DNA of 55,959 nucleotides from an uncultured Erysipelotrichaceae bacterium (GTDB lineage Bacteria > Bacillota_I > Bacilli_A > RFN20 > CAG-826): assembly GCA_902803375.1 (NCBI GenBank), contig CADCPN010000060.1, forward strand, positions 1 to 55,959, read 5' to 3'. How positions within the stretch are numbered: position 1 is the first letter of the stretch; each line of letters opens with the position of its first letter. Below, piece after piece: positions 19,069 through 28,700 of this stretch. The translations under genes were made by a program, and so were the position numbers. The notes under the pieces were generated by a model, which was given only the letters and a program-made list of their open reading frames with translations, did not search any database and was not told the DNA's origin.

Positions 19069-22000
19069 TTACCGCTGATAAGAGAGGAAGGACATGAAGT
19101 TTTGGATCGTCATATTCTCGCCATATAGGCTGCCCTGGAGGTATTTGATGCCGACGTTGGTCGCGTATTTGGCTTCCTCTTCGCTAGAGATGCCATTGGC
19201 GGCGCCAAGAAGCTTAAGCTCCTGCAGCTCGCCAACGAGCTTGATGTAGGAGAGGGAGTCGGATTCGTTGGAAGTGGCGTCTTGAATCAAGCCAGAGGTG
19301 GTCTTGACGTAGGTGAGGCCAAGGTTCTTGAATCTGCTGAGGGGGCAGATGCCCATGGAGTAGCTTCTGACGCACCAATAAATGCCTAGGTCCTTCAAGG
19401 AAGGAAGCAGCTTCTCCAGCATCTCGGCATTCTCATTGGCGAACTCCGCGCTCATCGTTAGGGCAAGAGTTCCCGAAGGAATCTTGCTTTCTTCGATGAT
19501 GGAGCGAAGCTTGCTTGGGAAGTCATGGTCTAGATAGGTGAAGCCAGAGATATCAAGGGCAAGCGAATGGATGTTGAAATCGCGCAGCAGGCTATCCCTA
19601 TTTTCCTTATAGAAGGCAGCGACCTCGCGCAGGCCGATGTAGTCGATGGCCGCAGATAATCCCTGAGCCTCGGCAACGCGGTGCCACTCCGCCGTATGGA
19701 TCTTCTGGTGGCCCTCCCCTTCATAGGCGATGCGGAACTCAATGAAGGCAGGCTTCTTGGTCGCGCTATCGATGATCGGGGTGAGATGGAGGGTGCTTCT
19801 TCCGGTTTTGACGCTATCGGCGAGAAGATCGGCGATATAGTCGTCGCGGAAGGCGCATCTGGCCCTGGTGCGGCCGACTTCGACGAGCCTGCCCTGCCCC
19901 AAACTCGCGCTGCGCTCAAGCTCGGTCTTGATGAGGGAGATCGCCTCGAAGGAAGTGGGTGCTTCGTTTGGATAGGCGATGGCGCTATAGGAGTAGCGGG
20001 GCGAAAAGGCTTCGTTGCCGGCGTAAAGCGGGCCTTGAATCTGCTCAGCGACTTCTTCGACCGCGGTATATAGCTCGGTCTTGGAGGTGAAGCCAGTGAG
20101 CTTCAGAACAAGGGTCAAGCCATCGTAACGGTAGATGAGGTCATCATATCCCGCGCCTTGGATCGCTTTGACGATGCTCGTCATCATCGCGTTGGCGGAG
20201 AGAGAGGAGGAACGCTCAACGATCTCGTCTTTGTTAATTAGGCGGATAGAGAGCAAGTAGCCTTTGCCGTTAGCCTTGATCTCATGGGAGAGGTCGATGG
20301 ACAAAGCCTTAGAGTTGCGGATAAGGAGATTTTTATCGATAAGGGAGCTAGAGAGCTCGCTAGAAGCGGTCTCCTGCTCAAGGAGGATGGTGGTGAAGCC
20401 TTCGATGTCCGCGTTCTCGCCAAGCGAGGAAATCGTGGATTCCTTCATGGAGAGAGAAGGGATGACGCGCTTGCTGACGCCATGGGTAAGCGGGCACCAT
20501 TGGCAAGGGCTATCTTCCCCATAGATGGCTTTGTGGCAAAGTTGCCCAGGCTGGATGCCCGGCATCTTCTGATGCAACGAATCGGAGATGCGGGTGAGAC
20601 GGTAGCTTACCCTGTCGATCATGTAGAAGTACTTGCTGGAGTGGGTGGCGAAGGCGTTGAGGACGTTATAATAGGCGCCGCTACGCTCATTGAGGGCTAG
20701 ATGAAGCGTGGAGCTCGCTAGCAGCGGCGCGAATTCATGTAGCTTTTCTCGATGCAGAAGCGGGATCTCAATGCTCTCTTTGCCTAGAAGATAGACGAAG
20801 CCGTATTTGGTGTTCTGCCAGGCGATCGGGGAGATATAGACCGTCTTCATGCCGATGCTAGATAGCGTTCCTAGCATGTTGCGGGGCAAGCTTAGCGGGG
20901 AAGAGCAGACATAAGGGAAGTCCTTGACGCTTGCTTCATAGAAGGGGTCGAGGATGTAGGCGGGAATGCGCTTGCCAAGGCTAGAGAAGCCTTTGACATC
21001 GCCGCTGCGGGATTGCTCCAAGATAAGCTCATAGTCATCGGAGACGTTATGGTAGAGATAGGCGCCGCCGACATCGAAGCCGATCATGCCTTCATATAGG
21101 CGGAAGATTTCGGCGAGGGCTTCGTGGAGTTCCGGCGCGGTTTTGCTCGCCATGATTTTGCCGGTGCAGGCTTCGATGGCGTTAAGCGCGATGATGCGCC
21201 TGGTGTTCTCATTCTGGAGAGAAGGGCTATAGACCTTGCCGTCGCCATAGGAGATATTGACGCCACGGCCTTTATGGAGGGCGCTTTTGGCGGTGGAAAT
21301 CAAGGCGCTAGAAGGGACAAGGGGATAGACGGCTCCGCCGACGCTGCAGCCATAGACGTCCATGCGCGGGGAGTTCTTCTTGGTGATGGCCACCGCGAAG
21401 CTAGAGACGAAAGCCTCGATCTTCGACTGGAGGGAGATCTTATCTTCGATGCGGTAGACATAGCAGAGGTAGGTGCCATCATAATCCTTGCCGATCATCA
21501 CGCCGGGGAAGGAGTTGCGGATAGAGGAATATAGGCGGGAGTTAACCTCGGGTGGGATGGCCTCGGTCTTGCCTTCGGCGCGGATGGCCAAAATGCAGCT
21601 GCGGTAGCTGGGGTTATTCAAAACCTCAGCCGAGAGCATGCTGGCGAATTCATCGACGGTGAGAAGCTCTTTCGTCGGCGAGGACTTCTTGCTCTCTTCC
21701 TCCTCGTTTTTGGCGAGGACTTCATTGAAGTGGCTGACCGCCTCGTTGACGCGGTTCTGCATCAAGCGGATGGCGGCGCTTTTCCAGGCATTGCGCCCAA
21801 GGCGAATTGAGCCAGCGCGGAAGGAGGTGAGCTGATCGGAGATATTCTGCGATACGCTATCGAGTTCCTTCATCGTGCGGCGGTAAAAAAGGAATAGGAG
21901 GGCGGTGATGATGGTGGTGGAGGCGATGAGGAATGCCTGAACCGGATAGATCCAAGTCCAGTCATGGTTGACCCAAAGCAAGACGATGGAGATGGCAAGA

Positions 22001-22134
22001 AGCACGCCCTGCAGAAAGAGGCAAAGGAAGGCAAAGGCGAAGATGATCCTCGACTTCTTTGCTTTGCTTTCTTGCTCGTCTTTCTGGACGCGAGATGGTG
22101 AGGGGCGGAAGAAGAAATTTGCTTTACGTTTCAT
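19069..22134 (-). CDS. membrane protein with degenerate GGDEF, GAF, PAS-like, degenerate GGDEF and degenerate EAL domains
   Basis: 2 N-terminal TM; 'GKDYDGTY..SVGGAVYP' and 'YRYDGLTL..AIAYP' GGDEF-fold remnants; CHKAIYGEDSPCQWC; EAL fold with EFR in place of EAL, no DDFG, and C-terminal 'YLQGSLYG'. Start ATG 22134 after GGAGG. Confidence 0.75.
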   Translation of the reverse strand: MKRKANFFFRPSPSRVQKDEQESKAKKSRIIFAFAFLCLFLQGVLLAISIVLLWVNHDWTWIYPVQAFLIASTTIITALLFLFYRRTMKELDSVSQNISDQLTSFRAGSIRLGRNAWKSAAIRLMQNRVNEAVSHFNEVLAKNEEEESKKSSPTKELLTVDEFASMLSAEVLNNPSYRSCILAIRAEGKTEAIPPEVNSRLYSSIRNSFPGVMIGKDYDGTYLCYVYRIEDKISLQSKIEAFVSSFAVAITKKNSPRMDVYGCSVGGAVYPLVPSSALISTAKSALHKGRGVNISYGDGKVYSPSLQNENTRRIIALNAIEACTGKIMASKTAPELHEALAEIFRLYEGMIGFDVGGAYLYHNVSDDYELILEQSRSGDVKGFSSLGKRIPAYILDPFYEASVKDFPYVCSSPLSLPRNMLGTLSSIGMKTVYISPIAWQNTKYGFVYLLGKESIEIPLLHREKLHEFAPLLASSTLHLALNERSGAYYNVLNAFATHSSKYFYMIDRVSYRLTRISDSLHQKMPGIQPGQLCHKAIYGEDSPCQWCPLTHGVSKRVIPSLSMKESTISSLGENADIEGFTTILLEQETASSELSSSLIDKNLLIRNSKALSIDLSHEIKANGKGYLLSIRLINKDEIVERSSSLSANAMMTSIVKAIQGAGYDDLIYRYDGLTLVLKLTGFTSKTELYTAVEEVAEQIQGPLYAGNEAFSPRYSYSAIAYPNEAPTSFEAISLIKTELERSASLGQGRLVEVGRTRARCAFRDDYIADLLADSVKTGRSTLHLTPIIDSATKKPAFIEFRIAYEGEGHQKIHTAEWHRVAEAQGLSAAIDYIGLREVAAFYKENRDSLLRDFNIHSLALDISGFTYLDHDFPSKLRSIIEESKIPSGTLALTMSAEFANENAEMLEKLLPSLKDLGIYWCVRSYSMGICPLSRFKNLGLTYVKTTSGLIQDATSNESDSLSYIKLVGELQELKLLGAANGISSEEEAKYATNVGIKYLQGSLYGENMTIQNFMSFLSYQR

Positions 22135-22150
22135 ATTCTCTCTTCCCTCC

Positions 22151-22873
22151 TTACATCTTTTCGGAGTTAAGCAGGATGTTAAGGAGGATTCTGCCGATAT
22201 CCGGCATGGCCTCCAAGCCTTTTCTCCGATAGTTGAGCCTTTGCTCGTCGTTGCCTGGCTCATAGGCGATGACCTTTAAGGTCAATAAAGCGGTTGAATT
22301 GACGTGGCAGGCAAGCGCGATGCCGCCGCTGACGGTGTCATAGGCGCTGACCTTGGTGGAACCGGCGAAGTGACGGAGAAGGATGCCATCGAATTCTTCC
22401 TTATCCATATATTCTTTCTCGCCAGAGAGCATGAAGCCTCGCTCGATGTAGTGGCCGCCGCCGACTTCATAGGAAGCGGCTTCGGCTTTGGCGTTGACCT
22501 CGGTCGAGGCGTAGAAGAAGGGCGGCAGTCCCGGGATCTGGCCATATTGGTTTTCTCCGTCCCCAGAGAAATCGACGCCGCTAAGGTAATAGCGGTCAGC
22601 GATGAATAGGTCGCCCTGACGGAGGCTATCCTTCATGGAGGCGCAGTAGCCGACATTGATGACGATATAGGGGTCAAGAAGATGGATGAGCCTATCGGTG
22701 ACCATAGCGCTATATAGGTTATTGGGGCCTACCGCGCAGATACCGATCTGCTCGCTGCCGATGGTTCCCTTATAAAGGATGCGGCCCTCGCTTAGCCTTT
22801 CTTGGCTGGAGATCTCGCAGCGGGAGACGAAGTAGAGGATGGAATCCTCGCTTTCACCTACGAATAGGATCAT
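22151..22873 (-). CDS. MTA/SAH nucleosidase-fold protein (PNP_UDP_1), catalytic motifs altered
   Basis: VINVGYC..LRQGD, YGQIPGLPPFF. The expected (D/E)ME and RxISD motifs appear as DTV and KVIAY. Confidence 0.75.
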   Translation of the reverse strand: MILFVGESEDSILYFVSRCEISSQERLSEGRILYKGTIGSEQIGICAVGPNNLYSAMVTDRLIHLLDPYIVINVGYCASMKDSLRQGDLFIADRYYLSGVDFSGDGENQYGQIPGLPPFFYASTEVNAKAEAASYEVGGGHYIERGFMLSGEKEYMDKEEFDGILLRHFAGSTKVSAYDTVSGGIALACHVNSTALLTLKVIAYEPGNDEQRLNYRRKGLEAMPDIGRILLNILLNSEKM

Positions 22874-24443
22874 AAGCTATACGCGCCTCCTTTCGCTTTG
22901 GGCTCTCCTTTTTCTCGAAGGGGTTATCTTCTAGATACGCCTCGAAATGGGCGCGATCGCTTGGCCTGGAGTAGTAGTATCCCTGGATGCTATCTAGGTC
23001 TAGGGAGCGAAGGATGTCGGACTGGTGCTCGGTCTCAACGCCTTCGGCGATGACCTTCATGCCTAAAGCGTGGGCAAGGGAGATGATGGAGAGGACCATC
23101 GCCTTGGATTTGGCATCGACTTCAACGTCATCGACGAAGCTTTTATCGATCTTAAGGACATCGAAGGGGATGTTCTTCAAAGAGGACAAAGAGGAATAGC
23201 CGACGCCGAAGTCATCGATGGAGGTCGCAAAGCCCAAGCCTTTGACCTTGCGGATGATGGAGGAGATGAAGACGGTGTTATTAGCCGCCAAGGATTCGGT
23301 AAGCTCCATATCGATAGAGGTCGGATCGACGTTATGCTTCTTCATCGTATCGGAAAGGAAGGATATGAGGGAGGGGTCGTAGACGGAGCGTCTAGACAAG
23401 TTGACGGAGATGACGACTTTGCGGCGCTTCTCCTTGTTCCATTTCTCGATGTCCGCGCAGACGTGCTCGAATACGTAGTGGTCGATTTCGACGATCTTGC
23501 CGGAGTTCTCGCAATAGGGGATGAAGACGGCGGGCGGGAGAAGGCCGCGCTTAGGATGCTTCCAGCGGATAAGGGCTTCTGCGCCATAGAAGGCGTTCTT
23601 CTTGAGGCTATATTTTGCCTGGTAATAGATGACGAGCTCTTCGTTAGCGAGGGCTCTGGTGATCTCGGAGTCAAGCTCCTTCATGCGTGCGTTTTCCGCA
23701 AGCATAGATTGATCGTAGACAAGCAGGTCGCAAGAGATGCGGCTAGAGGCGTTATGCCAAAGGGCAAAGATGGTCTTTTCTAGCGCATCCGAGGGCTTTT
23801 CCTTGGCCTCGATCGGGTGAGCGCTAAGAAGGAAGGCGACATAGGGGATGTCGTCTCGCCTTTCGATGCTCTCGGTGAGGGTGAAGGCGAACTTTCTGAA
23901 GGAGTCTAGCTGATCATCGACGTTGCTCGCGTTGAAGTAGAGGATGTAGTTGTTGTTATGGTCGATGAAGAGGTGGAAGGTCGGGTCAAGGCCAAAAGCG
24001 GCCTTGACGCGCTCTAGCAGCAGTTCGTTAACCGAGTAGGTGAAGGCGGTGCCAAGGGAATTAAGGGTACCGCCGGCGTTGGTCTTAACGGCTAGGCCAA
24101 GCAGAAGCGGCACCGTGCCATCTTCGGCTTTCTTCCTTAGCCTATTGAGCTTGCCTAGCAAAGCGGCGTCATCTTCGACATACTGCTCATCGCTCCCGAA
24201 AAGAGAGCGCAGCCACGCCTTGGTTCTGACAAGGTTTGCTCTGGCATTGACCGTGACGGAGATGCCTAGCGACAGCAAAACGGAGCCAAGGTAAGCGAGG
24301 AAGGCAAGGTAGACGGAAGCGGCAGTCGGCAATAGCTTCGCGCCATTAAGAAGATTAACGACGACGAAGATGATGACCCCAAGAAGCGCGGAGGCGCCTA
24401 AAAGAAGGATTGCGAACAATGCTCTTAGTTTCTTTTCGCTCAT
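22854..24443 (-). CDS. membrane-anchored EAL-domain c-di-GMP phosphodiesterase with degenerate GGDEF
   Basis: YYQAK, GAEALIRW, SVNLS, ELTES, DDFGVGYSSL, KIDKSF, AEGVET and QGYYYSRP all intact; 2 N-terminal TM. Confidence 0.92.
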   Translation of the reverse strand: MSEKKLRALFAILLLGASALLGVIIFVVVNLLNGAKLLPTAASVYLAFLAYLGSVLLSLGISVTVNARANLVRTKAWLRSLFGSDEQYVEDDAALLGKLNRLRKKAEDGTVPLLLGLAVKTNAGGTLNSLGTAFTYSVNELLLERVKAAFGLDPTFHLFIDHNNNYILYFNASNVDDQLDSFRKFAFTLTESIERRDDIPYVAFLLSAHPIEAKEKPSDALEKTIFALWHNASSRISCDLLVYDQSMLAENARMKELDSEITRALANEELVIYYQAKYSLKKNAFYGAEALIRWKHPKRGLLPPAVFIPYCENSGKIVEIDHYVFEHVCADIEKWNKEKRRKVVISVNLSRRSVYDPSLISFLSDTMKKHNVDPTSIDMELTESLAANNTVFISSIIRKVKGLGFATSIDDFGVGYSSLSSLKNIPFDVLKIDKSFVDDVEVDAKSKAMVLSIISLAHALGMKVIAEGVETEHQSDILRSLDLDSIQGYYYSRPSDRAHFEAYLEDNPFEKKESPKRKEARIAYDPIRR

Positions 24444-25696
24444 TTGCTTTCTCCTTCCTGCGGGGTTTCCGCTTCGACAAGTGAATTGGCTTTAGCTTCC
24501 GCCTCAGCTTTTGCCTTGGCTTCCGCTCTTTCTTTTAGGATCTCTGCGCGCATCTCCTCTTTTAAGCGCTCCCTTTCTAGCTGCGCCTTGGTTTTCTCCC
24601 TTGGCTTAGTAGAGTCTTCGACTTTGACGCCTGCTTTCTTCTCTTGCTCGATTTGCTTACGAATCTGCTTTCGAAGGGCTTTCTTCAAGCGCTCCTTCTC
24701 TTTTTCCATCTCTTTCTTCATCTCTATCTTGTAGCTAAGCTTCGCGGTGAAGAGGTAGACGGCTTTCTCATCGTTAGGATCGATACCGGATTCCGCTATG
24801 GCCTTATCGATCTCTTCCTGCTCTTCTTTTGCTTCCGATTTAGCTGCCTTCACCGTATCGATGATGGAGCTGACGGCGATGAACAGCAGCGGAAGGAGGA
24901 CGAAGAGAGGATAGACCCAGGTGGCGTGACCGCCAGGGACGGCTGGGGAGACGAAGGAGAGGAAGGTTCCAAATCCTTCCGAGGCGAAGGTGACTTTGCC
25001 GACGACCTTGCTCTCAAGCACGGTTTCGTAATATTCCGGGGCCCAGAAGCCTTCGGATAGCTGCGCGTGGAGGTTATCGCCACGGGTGAGGAACATCCTT
25101 TCGCTGGAAGAGGAGTTTTTGACCGTGATGGCGCTTTTATTGGAGCCGATAGCCTTATAGAGGATGGTTTCGCCCGGTTCGACGATGGCTTTGACGCGGT
25201 GGGTATCAAGGGCGCCAAGCTTATCGTAATAGAAGGTGATGACGTCTCCGACTTTTATTGTCTTGGCATCGGTCTTCTCGATGATGACGCCGCTTCCTGC
25301 GCTGAAGTGGCCGATTTCATAATCATCGGCATTCTCCGCCGCCATTACGCGGTAGCATTCGTCCTTTTCGGAATCGGATACCAACGCAGAGCACTGCCCT
25401 TCGCTGGCCTCAGTATCGATGGCCATGGAGTCGGTCGCGACATAGAGGAAGGACTTTCCGAATACGCTGGGGACGCCATAAGGGGAAGTCTGCATCGAGA
25501 CGATCATGCTGCCCATGACGAAGAGCATGAAGGCGATGATGGCGCCAAGGATGATATCGATGGCCTTGGAGACCTTCTTCCTTCTTTCATCTAGCCTTTT
25601 CTCTTCGATAGGGGTAAGGGCTTTCTTTTGCTTCTTGGCTTTATTCTCTTGCGCGCCCGCGATGGGGGTAACGCCATTTTCTTTGTTTTCGTCCAT
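24440..25696 (-). CDS. sipW: SipW-like (S26B, ER-type) signal peptidase I with charged C-terminal tail
   Basis: VATDSM (catalytic Ser), VGDVITF, THRV (His), TRGDN, VVGKV; flanking TMs; K/E-rich coiled-coil tail. Confidence 0.8.
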   Translation of the reverse strand: MDENKENGVTPIAGAQENKAKKQKKALTPIEEKRLDERRKKVSKAIDIILGAIIAFMLFVMGSMIVSMQTSPYGVPSVFGKSFLYVATDSMAIDTEASEGQCSALVSDSEKDECYRVMAAENADDYEIGHFSAGSGVIIEKTDAKTIKVGDVITFYYDKLGALDTHRVKAIVEPGETILYKAIGSNKSAITVKNSSSSERMFLTRGDNLHAQLSEGFWAPEYYETVLESKVVGKVTFASEGFGTFLSFVSPAVPGGHATWVYPLFVLLPLLFIAVSSIIDTVKAAKSEAKEEQEEIDKAIAESGIDPNDEKAVYLFTAKLSYKIEMKKEMEKEKERLKKALRKQIRKQIEQEKKAGVKVEDSTKPREKTKAQLERERLKEEMRAEILKERAEAKAKAEAEAKANSLVEAETPQEGESK

Positions 25697-25700
25697 AACG

Positions 25701-28700
25701 TTACTTCATCTCCGCAGGTGTTTTGGGGGTGGCTAAAACGGCAACATCGTTCTTCTTCATGACTTCTTCGACTAGCGAGAGAGCGCGCTTACAAGAAAGA
25801 TCGCTGCGAACGCGGAATAGCATTGGGGTATCTTCTAGCTTCTTGCTGGAGTTTCTCTCTACCGGCAAGACGCTATCTTGGTAATCATCGGGGTTAAGGG
25901 CAAGGTTAAGCTTGATGTGCTTGCCGGAAAGCTGGATGAACAGTAGCCTCACCCTATGGGCGCTATAGAGGTCGCCCTTGATGGAAAGCCTCTCCGAGCA
26001 ATCATACTCGCAAGCCTTCTTACGGATGGTCTCTAACTTCTGCTTGAGGTCGGGATCGATGTTCTGCAGCTTTTCGAAGAAGGTAGCTTTCTTAATCTCC
26101 GGAACAAAGGACTTCTTTGCAGAAGCCTCTTCGCCAACGACAGGGGAGTCTTCCTCTTGCATAGGGGCTTCTCCTATAGGCTTAACTTCCCCAACGGGTT
26201 CTTCCGCCTTTTCATGCTCAATAGCAGGGGCTTCTCCAATAGCGGGGTTCTCCGCTTTTTCACCCATCTTGATCTCCTCTAGCTTCGGCTCTTTCCTAGA
26301 AAGGGGAGTGGAAGAGGCCTTCATGGTCTCTTCGATCAGGGTGAGGGCGCGCTTTAAGGACAAGTCAGATCTGACTCTAAGTAGCAGCGGGGTATCTGCA
26401 AGCTTCCTAGAGGTATTCTCCTCAACCGGCATCGTGGAGTCGGCGTAGTCTTTCGGGTTAAGGGCAAGGTTAACCTTGATGTGGTGGCCAGAAATGGTGA
26501 GGAAGACTAGTTTCTTCCTATGAGCGGAGAAGAGGTCTCCCTTGATGGAGACGCGTTCGGAAACATCATAGGAAGCGGCTTTATAACGAAGGGTATCGTA
26601 TTTGGCCTTAAGATCATCGTCGAGGTTGGCGTATTTCTCCTGGAAGGGAGTCTTCTTGATTTCGGGGACGGAGGAAGTGGAGGCAATAGGCGTGACTTCT
26701 GTAGCGGCGGGCTCTTCATCCGGTTGTTCTTCTTTGACCGGCTCTTCTACCTTCTCGGGTGTAGAGACAATGGCTTGCTCGGGTTTAGGCTCTTTAGCGG
26801 CAGGGGCAGCTTCTTTTTCTTCTACTTGAATCGGGGCGGCTGCTTTTGGGGTATCAAGAAGAGGCATGCCTTCGTTTTTGAACACTTCATCGATGAGGGA
26901 TAAGGCGCGGCGATAGGAAAGGTCGCTCTTAACGCGGAATAGCAGCGGGGTATCCGAAAGCTTCTTGGAGGTATTCTCCTCAACGGGGAGAGTGCTATCT
27001 TGATAGGCTTTGGGATCAAGGGCAAGGCTGACCTTGATATGACGTCCAGAGAGGGTGAGGAAGACAAGCCGCTTTCTATGCGCGGAGAAGAGGTCTCCTT
27101 TGATGGAGACGCGCTCAGACACATCATAGGAAAGGGCTCTTTCACGGAGTCCATCGAACTTCGCTTTGAGTTCATCCTCTTCGGATAGATTGAGGTATTT
27201 CTCCTGGAACGGCGTCTTCTTGATCTCGGGGACGAAAGAAGGGGCTATGGCCTCGACGGGGGTTGGAACCTCAACGGGGTTCGTTTCGACGACAGATGCC
27301 TCAACGGGCTTGCTGATATAGACGGTCTTCTCGATGACCTTGGTGTCTTTGATGAGAATGGTCCTGACTTTCTCTGGAAGCGGGGAGACGGTGCCAGGAT
27401 AGGCGATTTGAGGAGCGAATTCTGGAGCAGTGCGAACAATCTTCGCCTCTTCTTCAAGCTTAGCTTCTTCTTTGGCGGAGAGCTTAACTGGGGAGAAAGA
27501 GGTTGGATATAGGCCTTGCTTAGCAAGGGTGGGCTTAGATTTAACGATGACGGGTTCTTCGCCGCTATAGACCTGCTTACCTAGACCGAAAGAGGCCATA
27601 GCCTCATCGACAAGGGCTTTGGCACGCCTAAGAGCGAGGTCGCTTCTGACACGGAAATCTAACGGCAATCTCTTGCCAAGGGCCCCTTTGGTTGAAGAGA
27701 CCGGCATTGCCGAATCTTCATATGAGGCGGGATCAAGAGCGAGGTTAAGCTTGATGTGCTTGCCAGAGATGCTAAGGAAGACGATGGCTTTCCTTCTAAA
27801 GGAGGTAAGCTCGCCTTTGCTGTTTCTGACGGAAGAGGCACCACTGAAAGAAGCGATGTATTCGTGAAGCTGCCGGTATTTGGAGGTAACTTCGTCATTG
27901 GAGAGGAATAGCTTCTCCAAGAAGGTATGGGAATTGATATCGGCGTAGAAAGGCTTTGCAGGCGGTTCTTTAAGCGGGGAGAGTGTGCCTGGGAAATTGC
28001 CTTGGATCGCATAGGTTGGCGTAGCGCGCTTAATGCGTTCGATCTCAGCAAGCCTAGCCTCATTCTCACGTCTCACCTCGTCTTTATCTCTTATCGGCGA
28101 GAGGAAAAGCGGGGCGGCCCCAGAGTAAAAGGAAACCGCGCCATAGCCGTCGCTGATGTGGGTATCCATCTCTTCGACGCCATAGGGGAGTCCAAGCTTA
28201 TCGAGTTCCGCCTTGCGGATGACCTTGCGCCTAGCGGCTTCCAGGCGACGCTCTTCTTCAGAACGGCGTTTGGCAAGCTCTTCTTCTTTGCGCCTAGCCT
28301 CTTCTTCGGCTTTAAGCTTAGCTTCAAGCTCAGCAAGGCGCATGGCCTCTTCTTGACGTCTAGCCTCTTCTTCGGCCTTGCGAAGGCGCTGCGCGGCTTC
28401 TTCGGCGATATCTTTGGCTTTCTGCTGCTCGATCGCGTCATCGACAAGGGCTTTCTTGATGTGGTCCTCATTCCATTTCTGACGTAGATGCTGCCTCTCT
28501 TTATGGACCTCATCGGGGGTCGGGGTAAGCGGAGTATCCGGCATCGGACGTCTCTCGGGGAATTGATCGTAGAGGAATTTGCCATCGTAGAAAGTTTCGT
28601 CTTCGAGGGTGAAAAGCACCTTCGGGGTGATCTTCTTGGTGGTCTTCTTGAGGTCTTTGAGGGCCCGATTCTTCAAAACGCTGCTGCGAAGGGTGAGCAT

